Below are positions 1 to 7,619 of a stretch of DNA of 58,717 bases, in pieces. The stretch is from Verrucomicrobiales bacterium (GTDB taxonomy: Bacteria; Verrucomicrobiota; Verrucomicrobiia; Limisphaerales; SXTU01). Under the pieces are notes generated by a model, which was not told where the DNA came from, did not search any database, and saw only the letters and a program-made list of their open reading frames with translations. Every line of letters begins with the position of its first letter. Positions within the stretch are counted from its first letter, which is position 1. The stretch is taken from NCBI GenBank assembly GCA_005791875.1, contig SXTU01000205.1:1-58717 (forward strand), written 5' to 3'. Position numbers and translations under genes: made by a program.

Positions 1-372
1 ATCGAGTGCCGCATCAACGCCGAGGACCCCTTCGACGACGTCCGCCCCTCGCCCGGCCGGATTGACATGTATTACGCCCCCGGCGGCCCCGGCGTGCGCA
101 TTGATAGCCATGCCTACGCCGGCTACACCATCCCGCCCTACTACGACTCGATGATTTCCAAGCTCATCGTCTGGGGCAAAGACCGCCGCGACGCCATGGA
201 ACGCATGAGCCGCGCCCTGAGCGAATACATGATCACCGGCATCAAGACGACGATCCCCTTCGAGCAAGCCATCCTTCAGGATCCGAACTTCCGGCGTGGC
301 GTCTATTCCACGAACTTCATCGAGCAACTCCTCGGCGGCGGCCGCCGCGAGCTGATCGAGGAAAAGGCGTAA
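1..372 (+). CDS. accC: Acetyl-CoA carboxylase biotin carboxylase subunit, C-terminal part (5' end lies outside the window)
   Basis: The frame is open from base 1. The translation IECRINAEDP...GPGVRIDSH...YYDSMISKLIVWG.DR..A..RM.RAL.E..I.GIKTTIPF matches the conserved AccC C-terminus. TAA stop at 370-372. Confidence 0.9.
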   Translation: MECRINAEDPFDDVRPSPGRIDMYYAPGGPGVRIDSHAYAGYTIPPYYDSMISKLIVWGKDRRDAMERMSRALSEYMITGIKTTIPFEQAILQDPNFRRGVYSTNFIEQLLGGGRRELIEEKA

Positions 373-389
373 CCGGGCGAAGCCGGCTG

Positions 390-698
390 TTGGAACTGCC
401 CATCACTCCGCACTGCGTCACCACCGATCTCGGCATGTCGGCCAGCCTGCAAGTCTCCGCATCCGTGCCGCTCTTCCTCATCCACGAGTATTACCCCAGC
501 ATCACGCCGAAGGACTTGATCCGGAAAAGCTGGGAAGTGGACAAGGACGGCTACGCCTCGCTGCCCACGGGCGTCGGGTTGGGTTGTGAAGTGAACGAGG
601 CGCGGCTGGCCGAACTGGCTAAGCAGCCGTCAAAACCCGAATGGCCCACGCGCGGCCGTTTGAAGGATGGCTCCATATCAGACTATTCAGACTATTGA
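390..698 (+). pseudogene. C-terminal remnant of an enolase-superfamily (mandelate racemase / D-galactonate dehydratase-like) gene
   Basis: Only about 100 codons are present, starting directly after the accC stop. SASLQVSASVPLFLIHEYY...LPTGVGLGCEVNEARL resembles the last quarter of MR/MLE-type enzymes. The N-terminal barrel and capping domains are absent. Confidence 0.4.
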
Positions 699-753
699 CA
701 GAACTATTGACAGAACGGTTGACCTGTCACGAGGGTCTCAGCATTGTTGGGTT

Positions 754-1383
754 ATGAAATACCCGTTCCCTCAGGTCGTCTCCCGACTGACGTTTATCAT
801 CGTCGTTTCTGCCTCGCTGCTCGCGCAGGCCGCCGACGCTCCGCTCAAGCCCGATGACAGGGGTTTCATTCGCGATTGGCTCTTGCTCGCGCCCATCCAG
901 CTCGCCGGTGAAAACACCGGGGCCGATGAAATTGACAAGCAACAGGTGCCAAACGAAGCCGCACTCAAACCCAAGGCCGGCGACGCCGTCACCGTCGGCG
1001 GCAAGGCGCTCAAATGGCGCGCGGTGAAGGCCAAGGATTACTTCTTCGATGTGAACGAGCTCCTCGGCGGCATGAACGAGAACGTCACCGCCTACGCCGT
1101 CGCCTACGTCGTCGCCGCAGCGGAGGTCAAAGGCGCGCAGTTGCTCATGGGCAGCAACGACCAGGGCAAAGTCTGGCTGAACGGCAAAGAAGTCCTGAAG
1201 TTCGCCGAGACCCGCACGCTGGACCCCGACACGGACAAGGCCTCCGGCCTCACACTTAAGGCGGGCGTCAACGTCATCGTCTTCAAGGTCATCAACGAGA
1301 ACAACAACTGGCAGGGCTGCCTGCGCTTCACCGACGCCGCCGGCAAAAACCTCGCCGGCCTCACCTTGAAGCTCGCGCCCTGA
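754..1383 (+). CDS. Secreted hypothetical protein (beta-sandwich/jelly-roll-like)
   Basis: The ATG at 754 gives MKYPFPQVVSRLTFIIVVSASLLAQA, a signal-peptide-like N-terminus. Third-position G+C bias is coding-like. No catalytic motif was recognised. Confidence 0.6.
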   Translation: MKYPFPQVVSRLTFIIVVSASLLAQAADAPLKPDDRGFIRDWLLLAPIQLAGENTGADEIDKQQVPNEAALKPKAGDAVTVGGKALKWRAVKAKDYFFDVNELLGGMNENVTAYAVAYVVAAAEVKGAQLLMGSNDQGKVWLNGKEVLKFAETRTLDPDTDKASGLTLKAGVNVIVFKVINENNNWQGCLRFTDAAGKNLAGLTLKLAP

Positions 1384-1394
1384 TTGGAGCGTTG

Positions 1395-2516
1395 ATGGCG
1401 ACTGGTCGCGCGCCCGCCATGTATGCCATCCCCCAGCGCGTTTCGCTCGTGGCCCAGACCGTGGCGTCGCTGCGGCAAGGGCTGGCGGCCGGGTTGTGGC
1501 ACGAGCACCTGCCGGGAGAGCTGGAGTTGTGCGAGCGCTTGCAGGTCAGCCGCATGACGCTGCGCCGGGCGCTGGCGGTGCTGGAGGGCGAAGGGTTGCT
1601 CGTGACCGCGCAAGGGCAGCGCCGCCGGATCGGCAAGGCCGCACCGGCAGGCCCGGCGCGCCGGGAGCGCCGGGTGGTGCTGCTCACGCCGCTCCGTCTG
1701 GCCGAGATGCGCCCCACCGTCCTCTACTGGGTCAACGATCTCACCGATCACCTGGCGGAGGCGGGCTTTCATCTGGAAGTTCATCCTTGTTCCGCCTGCT
1801 ACGCGGAGCGCCCGGAAGAGACCTTGAACCGGCTCGAACGGGAGCTGCGGCCCGCCGGCTGGGTTCTCTACCTCTCCACGGCCGCGATGCAGGAATGGTT
1901 CAGCCGGCAGACCGTGCCCGCGCTGCTGGCCGGCTCGCGGCACGGCGACGTGCGCCTGCCCTCAGTGGATTTGGATTACCGGGCCATCGGCCAGCACGCA
2001 GCGGAGACTTTTCTGGCCAAGGGCCATCGGCATCTCGCCTTTCTACGCTCTGCGCATGGCCTGGCGGGGGATTTGGAAACCGAGCACGGGTTTGTGGAGG
2101 CCTGCGGCCGTCACGGCGCGCGCGGCGAAGCCATTGACCTCGGCGAAACAGCGGAGCGCGTCGCGCAAACCGTGGGGCAGAGGCTGGCCCGGGCGCCCCG
2201 GCCCACTGCGCTGCTGGTGAGCCAGCCAGCCCACCTGCTGACGGTGCTGGGCACGCTCGCCCAAGCAGGCGTCGCCGTGCCGGGCGACGTGTCGCTGATT
2301 TCGCGCGACAGCGAATCCTTCCTGCCCTTCGTTGTCCCCACGGTGGCGCGCTACGAGATCGCGCCCGCGAACCTCGCGCGCAACCTCTCCCGCCAAGTGC
2401 TGCTGATGCTTGGGCCGCGCGGGCGGGCGGATCGGGCGGTGCGGCTCATGCCGAAGTTCGTGCCGGGGGCGACCTTGGGCAACTTGTCTAAAGCTCGGAC
2501 AACGACACCCGCTTGA
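1395..2516 (+). CDS. Transcriptional regulator with a GntR-type winged HTH fused to a LacI/periplasmic-binding-protein-like sugar-binding domain
   Basis: The N-terminus [31 protein letters not shown] is a GntR-like HTH. The remainder (HLAFL...ALLVSQP...[14 protein letters not shown]) is a LacI-type ligand-binding domain. It sits at the head of the sialidase locus. Confidence 0.8.
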   Translation: MATGRAPAMYAIPQRVSLVAQTVASLRQGLAAGLWHEHLPGELELCERLQVSRMTLRRALAVLEGEGLLVTAQGQRRRIGKAAPAGPARRERRVVLLTPLRLAEMRPTVLYWVNDLTDHLAEAGFHLEVHPCSACYAERPEETLNRLERELRPAGWVLYLSTAAMQEWFSRQTVPALLAGSRHGDVRLPSVDLDYRAIGQHAAETFLAKGHRHLAFLRSAHGLAGDLETEHGFVEACGRHGARGEAIDLGETAERVAQTVGQRLARAPRPTALLVSQPAHLLTVLGTLAQAGVAVPGDVSLISRDSESFLPFVVPTVARYEIAPANLARNLSRQVLLMLGPRGRADRAVRLMPKFVPGATLGNLSKARTTTPA

Positions 2517-2562
2517 GCGGCCAGGCCGGACAGTTACAGTGCGCGAACAGAGATTCCGCACT

Positions 2563-3324
2563 ATGAACACTCGCAAGCAATCCTCGGACGGATGCCGCCA
2601 GCCAGCCGGCTTCACCCTCATCGAACTGCTCGTCGTCATCGCCATTATCGCGATTCTGGCAGGCATGCTCCTTCCCGCGTTGGGCAAGGCCAAGCAGAAG
2701 GCCACGCAGACGAAGTGCCTCAGCAACATGAAACAGTTCGGCACCGCCGTGCGTCTTTACGCGGATGACCACGATGACTTGTTCCCACCGACCCGGTTGT
2801 TGAACTCGAGCGGCGCGATGCAGAACACCCAGTTCGCTTGGTATGGGAAAGCGGGGCTGGGAGGCTACGCCGTCATCGGCGCGGACCGCCGCTACGTAAA
2901 CCGCTATGTCGGGACGTTCACCGCCGCCTCGGAGATGCAGGTCGCGTTGTGTCCGAATGACCGCGATCGCCCGAACAACACGGCCATCGTCGCCAATTAC
3001 ACCGCCTTCGGCTCGTCTTACTCCATCAACGCCGGCTCTGGTCCAAATGCTGCCGTCAACTTCATCACCAAGGACGCCGCGTGCAACTCCGTCCGCACGG
3101 CGGAAATCGTCAGCCCGGTGCGCTTCACCATCAACGGCGACGCGGGCGTTTGGTATCCCATCTGGCCAATCCTTTATCGCAATGCGACGGCTGAGTTCTA
3201 CTGGCACTCGAAGCCGAACGACAACCGCTTCAACGTCACCTTCGCGGACGGGCATGCTGAGTTCATCCGCGTCACCGTCGGGGTCAACGCGACGAACAAC
3301 TACACATGCAACCGCGACTTGTGA
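2563..3324 (+). CDS. Prepilin-type N-terminal cleavage/methylation domain protein of the H-X9-DG (DUF1559-like) class
   Basis: [32 protein letters not shown] is the canonical type IV pilin-like N-terminus. The C-terminal FADGHAEFI resembles the H-X9-DG signature common in PVC bacteria. Confidence 0.85.
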   Translation: MNTRKQSSDGCRQPAGFTLIELLVVIAIIAILAGMLLPALGKAKQKATQTKCLSNMKQFGTAVRLYADDHDDLFPPTRLLNSSGAMQNTQFAWYGKAGLGGYAVIGADRRYVNRYVGTFTAASEMQVALCPNDRDRPNNTAIVANYTAFGSSYSINAGSGPNAAVNFITKDAACNSVRTAEIVSPVRFTINGDAGVWYPIWPILYRNATAEFYWHSKPNDNRFNVTFADGHAEFIRVTVGVNATNNYTCNRDL

Positions 3325-3659
3325 GCTTCTTCCGGCTTGCCGCCAGCCTGTTGGCGTTTGCGTTGTGCGCGTTCGGAACAGGTTGCCGCAAACGCGCCGC
3401 TGAACAGTCTGCCCCCCTTACCCCGGTCACTGCCGTGCCAGCTCTCGACGGCCCACCCCTCTCCGCTGAGGCCGAGAAGGCTCTGGCCCAGATGGTCCAA
3501 GCCGCCGTGGGCGAGTATTTCAAGCAGCACAAACGCTTTCCGACCTCCGTTGCTGAACTTCAGGAGGCCCGGCTGCTGGAGTTGATTCAGTCACCGCCTG
3601 CGGGGCGGAAGTTTGTCATCAATCCGGCTGACGGACGGTTCAGCATCCAGCCGAAGTGA
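3306..3659 (+). CDS. Small putative lipoprotein
   Basis: [27 protein letters not shown] carries a lipobox-like FGTGC. The gene overlaps the preceding stop by 19 nt. Confidence 0.5.
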   Translation: MQPRLVSFFRLAASLLAFALCAFGTGCRKRAAEQSAPLTPVTAVPALDGPPLSAEAEKALAQMVQAAVGEYFKQHKRFPTSVAELQEARLLELIQSPPAGRKFVINPADGRFSIQPK

Positions 3660-3707
3660 CGTTCGCCTCGCTTGTCACCCGTCCGGGCGCCTGCTTTGCT
3701 TTTCCCC

Positions 3708-6128
3708 ATGTATCCCTCAGTCTCGACGCTGCTGGCCGCACTAACGCTGTTTGGATGCAAGCTGGTCGCCGCCGAACCACCCGCCGGCCCGCTCCACGCG
3801 TGGTATCACGACGCCAGTCTGAAGACCGACGGCCCGAACGTCTCCGCGTGGGAAAACGCCGCCCCCAACGGCGCGGCGCAAAACCTCACGCGCGTCGTGG
3901 GCCGGCCGCAAGTCGTCCGCGTCAGCACGCCCACGGGACCGCGCGCCGTCGTGCGCCTCAACGGCACGTCCGCCCTCTGGCAGGCCGTGACCTCGTGGGG
4001 CACGCTCGCGGGTGAGCGCACGGTTGTCGCCTTCGCGCGCGTGGCGGCGACGAATCAAGGCGTCCTCTTCGACGGCAGCACGCGCATCGGCAGCACGCCG
4101 GTGAAGTGGACCGGCAAGGCTTGGCAATCCGCCGCGAAGACCTCCGCGCCCACCGACGGCAGCGGTTGGCAGACGCACCCCTTCGTCTTCGGCACGAATG
4201 GCAATCCGCTCGGCGGCTTCATCCTCGGCGCAAACGTCGCGACGCAAGAAGGCTTGGCCTGCGATGTCGCCGAGGTGCTCGTCTATCCGCGCGCGCTCGG
4301 CGAAGCAGACTTGAAGTCCGCGACCACTTACCTCGCCGCGACATGGGGCACCCCCACCGACCTCCCCGCCGCGCAGCAGCCGCAGCCCCTGCAACTCCCG
4401 AGCGACCCGCGCGTCTTCCGCACCACACTCCGCAAGGCCGGCGACGACGGCGTCCACACCTACCGCATCCCCGGCCTTGCCACCACGCCGAAGGGCACGC
4501 TCATCGCGGTCTTCGACCTCCGCCACAAGCACGGCGGCGACCTCCCGGCGGACATTGACGTCGGCGCGATGCGCTCGACCGACGACGGCGCGACGTGGAG
4601 CCCCGTCCGCCGTATCCTCGATTACGACGCCACCGTCCCCGGCTCGCAGGGTAACGGCGTGGGCGACCCCGCCATCCTCGTGGACCGCAACGGCACCATC
4701 TTCGTCGCCGCGCTGTGGTCCAAAGGCCCGCGCGCCTGGAACGGCTCCGGCCCCGGCCTGACGCCTGACGAGACCGGTCAGTTCGTGCTCACGAAAAGCA
4801 CCGACGACGGTCTCACGTGGTCGCCGCCCATCAACATCACTGCGCAGGTGAAAGACCCCGCGTGGCGACTCTGCTTCAACGGCCCCGGCAACGGTATCCA
4901 ACTCCGCGACAGCACGCTCGTTTTCCCCGCGCAGTTCAAGGGCGCGGACAAGGTGCCGCACTCGTGCTTCATCGCCAGCCGCGACGGTGGCGCAAGTTGG
5001 AAGATTTCCCCCGCCGCCATTCCCGGCACGCCACCCACGAGCGAGAGCACCATCACCGAACTCGCCGATGGTGCGCTGCTGCTCACGATGCGCAACGAGT
5101 CGCGCGCCGGCGTCCGCGCGTGGGCGCGCTGGGATTGGCAAGGCGACGTGCTGCAAGGCAAGTGGTCCGCCCCGTGGCACACCGTCCCCGACCCGACCTG
5201 CATGGCCAGCGTCATCCGCCACCCGCACGGCGAACTGATTTACTCCAGCCCCAACAGCGCCTCGCGCCGCGTCGCGCTCACCATCCGCAGCAGCACCGAC
5301 GCCGGGAAAACCTGGAGCGCCGGCCGCCTGCTCGACCCCGCTGGCGCGATGTATTCCTGCCTCACCGTGTTACGAGACGGCCGCCTCGGCGTGCTCTACG
5401 AGAGCGGCACGGAGGCGGGTCTGGTCTTCGCGCGCTTCCCGCTCGAGTGGGTGCAGGAAGGCGCGAGCGTGCCCACCATGCCCGAGGCGCGCACCGAGAC
5501 GACCGGCAAGTGGGCCTGGTGGCCCGCGCGCCACGCCGCGAAAGTCGCCGAGACCAAGGCCGGCGGCGCGGAAATCATCTTCCTCGGCGACAGCATCACG
5601 CAGGGTTGGGAAACCGCCGGCAAGGCCGCGTGGGAAAAACACTTCGCCCCGCGCAAAGCCGCGAACTACGGCTTCGGCGGCGACTCCACGCAACACGTCC
5701 TCTGGCGCGTGCGCAATGGCGAGTTCGACGGTGCGTCGCCCAAAGCCATCGTCCTGCTCATTGGCACGAACAACGCGCGCCACGGCGACTTCACCCCTGA
5801 GCAAATCGCCGCCGGCATCCGCGCTCTCCTCGACGCACTCGCCGAGAAAACCCCGCGCGCAAAAATCCTTCTCCTCGGCATCCTGCCGCGCGGCCCCGAC
5901 GCCGCCGACCCGTGGCGGCGCAAGTGCGAAGCCGTGAACGCATTGCTCCCCGCGCTCGTGGATGGCAAGCGCGTTCACCACCTGAATATCAACGCGAAGC
6001 TCCTGTCGCCCGACGGCGCGCTCTCCAAAGACCTCGCCCCCGACCTGCTGCACCTCAGCGCGAAAGGCTATTCCCTCCTCGCCGACGCGCTGGAGCCGAA
6101 GCTCGCGGAACTGCTCGCTGCTCAATGA
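3708..6128 (+). CDS. Three-domain exo-alpha-sialidase: LamG/ConA-like lectin domain, GH33 BNR sialidase and SGNH/GDSL esterase domain
   Basis: Lipoprotein-like signal MYPSVSTLLAALTLFGC. LamG-like VLVYPRALGEADL. Sialidase YRIP motif (YRIPGLATT). Four Asp-boxes: STDDGATWS, STDDGLTWS, SRDGGASWK, STDAGKTWS. C-terminal IIFLGDSITQGW ... GTNN ... DLLHLSAKGY matches SGNH blocks I, III and V. Confidence 0.85.
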   Translation: MYPSVSTLLAALTLFGCKLVAAEPPAGPLHAWYHDASLKTDGPNVSAWENAAPNGAAQNLTRVVGRPQVVRVSTPTGPRAVVRLNGTSALWQAVTSWGTLAGERTVVAFARVAATNQGVLFDGSTRIGSTPVKWTGKAWQSAAKTSAPTDGSGWQTHPFVFGTNGNPLGGFILGANVATQEGLACDVAEVLVYPRALGEADLKSATTYLAATWGTPTDLPAAQQPQPLQLPSDPRVFRTTLRKAGDDGVHTYRIPGLATTPKGTLIAVFDLRHKHGGDLPADIDVGAMRSTDDGATWSPVRRILDYDATVPGSQGNGVGDPAILVDRNGTIFVAALWSKGPRAWNGSGPGLTPDETGQFVLTKSTDDGLTWSPPINITAQVKDPAWRLCFNGPGNGIQLRDSTLVFPAQFKGADKVPHSCFIASRDGGASWKISPAAIPGTPPTSESTITELADGALLLTMRNESRAGVRAWARWDWQGDVLQGKWSAPWHTVPDPTCMASVIRHPHGELIYSSPNSASRRVALTIRSSTDAGKTWSAGRLLDPAGAMYSCLTVLRDGRLGVLYESGTEAGLVFARFPLEWVQEGASVPTMPEARTETTGKWAWWPARHAAKVAETKAGGAEIIFLGDSITQGWETAGKAAWEKHFAPRKAANYGFGGDSTQHVLWRVRNGEFDGASPKAIVLLIGTNNARHGDFTPEQIAAGIRALLDALAEKTPRAKILLLGILPRGPDAADPWRRKCEAVNALLPALVDGKRVHHLNINAKLLSPDGALSKDLAPDLLHLSAKGYSLLADALEPKLAELLAAQ

Positions 6129-7483
6129 ACACCAATCTGACGGACGCCGCCGCGCGGGTTGGCCTCGCCGCGTTCTACCGCGACACCTTGCTCAATGATG
6201 TGATGCCATTCTGGCTGCGGCACGGGCTGGATCGCGAGCACGGCGGCATCCTCACCTGCCTCGACCGCGACGGCAGCATCGTGGACACGGACAAAAGCGT
6301 GTGGTTCCAAGGCCGCGCCGCGTGGATGTTCGCAACGCTAGCGAACACCACGGCCTCTTCTCCCTCGCCCCCATCGGGGGAGAGGGCCGGGGTGAGGGGG
6401 CAAACGCCACCTTCGCCGCAAACTGCACCCACTTACTCCGCTGCCCCGCCCCCTCACCCTCAATCCCTCTCCCCCGATGGGGGCGAGGGAGGCCCGAGGT
6501 GCGCCGACTTCCTCGCCGCCGCGCGCTCGTGCATCGAGTTCCTCCGCGCGCACTGCGCTGCGCCGGACGGCAAGCTCTACTTCACCGTCACGCGCGAAGG
6601 CCAGCCGCTGAGGATGCGACGCTACGTTTACAGCGAGTCCTTCGCCGCGATTGGCAACGCCGCTTTCGCCAAGGCCACCGGCGACGCCCGCGCCGCCGAG
6701 GACGCACTGAAGCTCTTCGCCACTTACCTGCACCACAGCTTCACCCCCGGCGTGATGCCGCCGAAGTTCGAGGCGACGCGTCCCAGCAAAGGGATCGGCC
6801 CCCACATGATTGGCATCGCCACGGCGCAGGAGCTGCGCGCGAACTTGGGCGACGTGACCGTGAGCGGGCGCACTTGCACGGAGTGGATTGACCGGAGCAT
6901 CGCGGAGATTGAGCGCGACTTCCTCAAGCCCGAGCACCGCGCGCTGCTGGAGTGCGTCGCGCCCGACGGCAGCGTGATTGACCATCACGAAGGTCGCACG
7001 CTGAACCCCGGCCACGCGATCGAGTGCGCATGGTTTGTGATGCACGAGGGGGCTTTGCGCGGGGACAAGAAGCTCATCCAGCTTGGCACGACCATCCTCG
7101 ACTGGATGTGGGCGCGCGGGTGGGACACCGAGCACGGCGGCCTGCTCTACTTCACCGATCTCCTCGGCAAACCGGTGCAGGAATACTGGCACGACATGAA
7201 GTTCTGGTGGCCGCACTGCGAGGCCATCATCGCGACACTGCTGGCGTGGCAGCTCACCGGCGAGGCGCGCTTCGCCACGATGCACCAGCAGGTCCACGAC
7301 TGGAGTTTTAAGCGCTTCCCCGACCGCGAGCACGGCGAGTGGTTCGGCTACCTGCACCGCGACGGCCGCGTCTCCTCGCGCGCGAAGGGGACGATTTACA
7401 AAGGCCCGTTCCACCTGCCGCGCATGCTCTGGTATTGCTGGCAACGGCTCCAACAGGCTCAATCACCGTGCGCAGAGAGCTGA
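6125..7483 (+). CDS. N-acylglucosamine 2-epimerase (AGE / renin-binding-protein family) carrying an in-frame repeat-element insertion
   Basis: The ATG overlaps the sialidase TGA (ATGA at 6125-6128). VMPFWLRHGLDREHGGILTCLDRDGSIVDTDKSVWFQGRAAWMF and later WDTEHGGLLYFTDLLGKP, KFWWPHCEA are AGE-family motifs. Confidence 0.85.
   Translation: MNTNLTDAAARVGLAAFYRDTLLNDVMPFWLRHGLDREHGGILTCLDRDGSIVDTDKSVWFQGRAAWMFATLANTTASSPSPPSGERAGVRGQTPPSPQTAPTYSAAPPPHPQSLSPDGGEGGPRCADFLAAARSCIEFLRAHCAAPDGKLYFTVTREGQPLRMRRYVYSESFAAIGNAAFAKATGDARAAEDALKLFATYLHHSFTPGVMPPKFEATRPSKGIGPHMIGIATAQELRANLGDVTVSGRTCTEWIDRSIAEIERDFLKPEHRALLECVAPDGSVIDHHEGRTLNPGHAIECAWFVMHEGALRGDKKLIQLGTTILDWMWARGWDTEHGGLLYFTDLLGKPVQEYWHDMKFWWPHCEAIIATLLAWQLTGEARFATMHQQVHDWSFKRFPDREHGEWFGYLHRDGRVSSRAKGTIYKGPFHLPRMLWYCWQRLQQAQSPCAES
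6361..6490. repeat. Imperfect palindromic REP/MITE-like element inside the epimerase ORF
   Basis: The left arm is tccctcgcccccatcgggggagagggccggggtgaggggg (6361-6400). The right arm (6449-6490) is its near reverse complement. The first 26 nt of the arms pair perfectly. A 23-nt core, ggggagagggccggggtgagggg, recurs at 46879-46901 on the opposite strand. Confidence 0.75.
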
Positions 7484-7490
7484 CACACGG

Positions 7491-7619
7491 ATGAAAGCTT
7501 TTCCCCTCACCAGCCTTGTCGCTGCCACGCACTTGCCTTTTCACGCGAATGGTTTGTCCAACTTCGCCGTCGTCGCGACCTTGCAACGCGAGCTGAAAGC
7601 GCGGACAACCAAGCCGTGA
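7491..7619 (+). pseudogene. Possible 5' remnant of a DapA-family / N-acetylneuraminate-lyase-like gene
   Basis: This 42-codon ORF reads MKAFPLTSLVAATHLPFHANGLSNFAVVATLQRELKARTTKP. The segment LVAATH.PFHANG resembles the N-terminus of DapA/NanA-family enzymes. It ends where the next gene starts. Confidence 0.3.

Noticed and set aside
5912-6124. Upstream extension of the epimerase ORF
   Set aside because: It overlaps the end of the sialidase gene out of frame. The family-typical N-terminus starts at the ATG at 6125, which forms an ATGA overlap with the sialidase stop.
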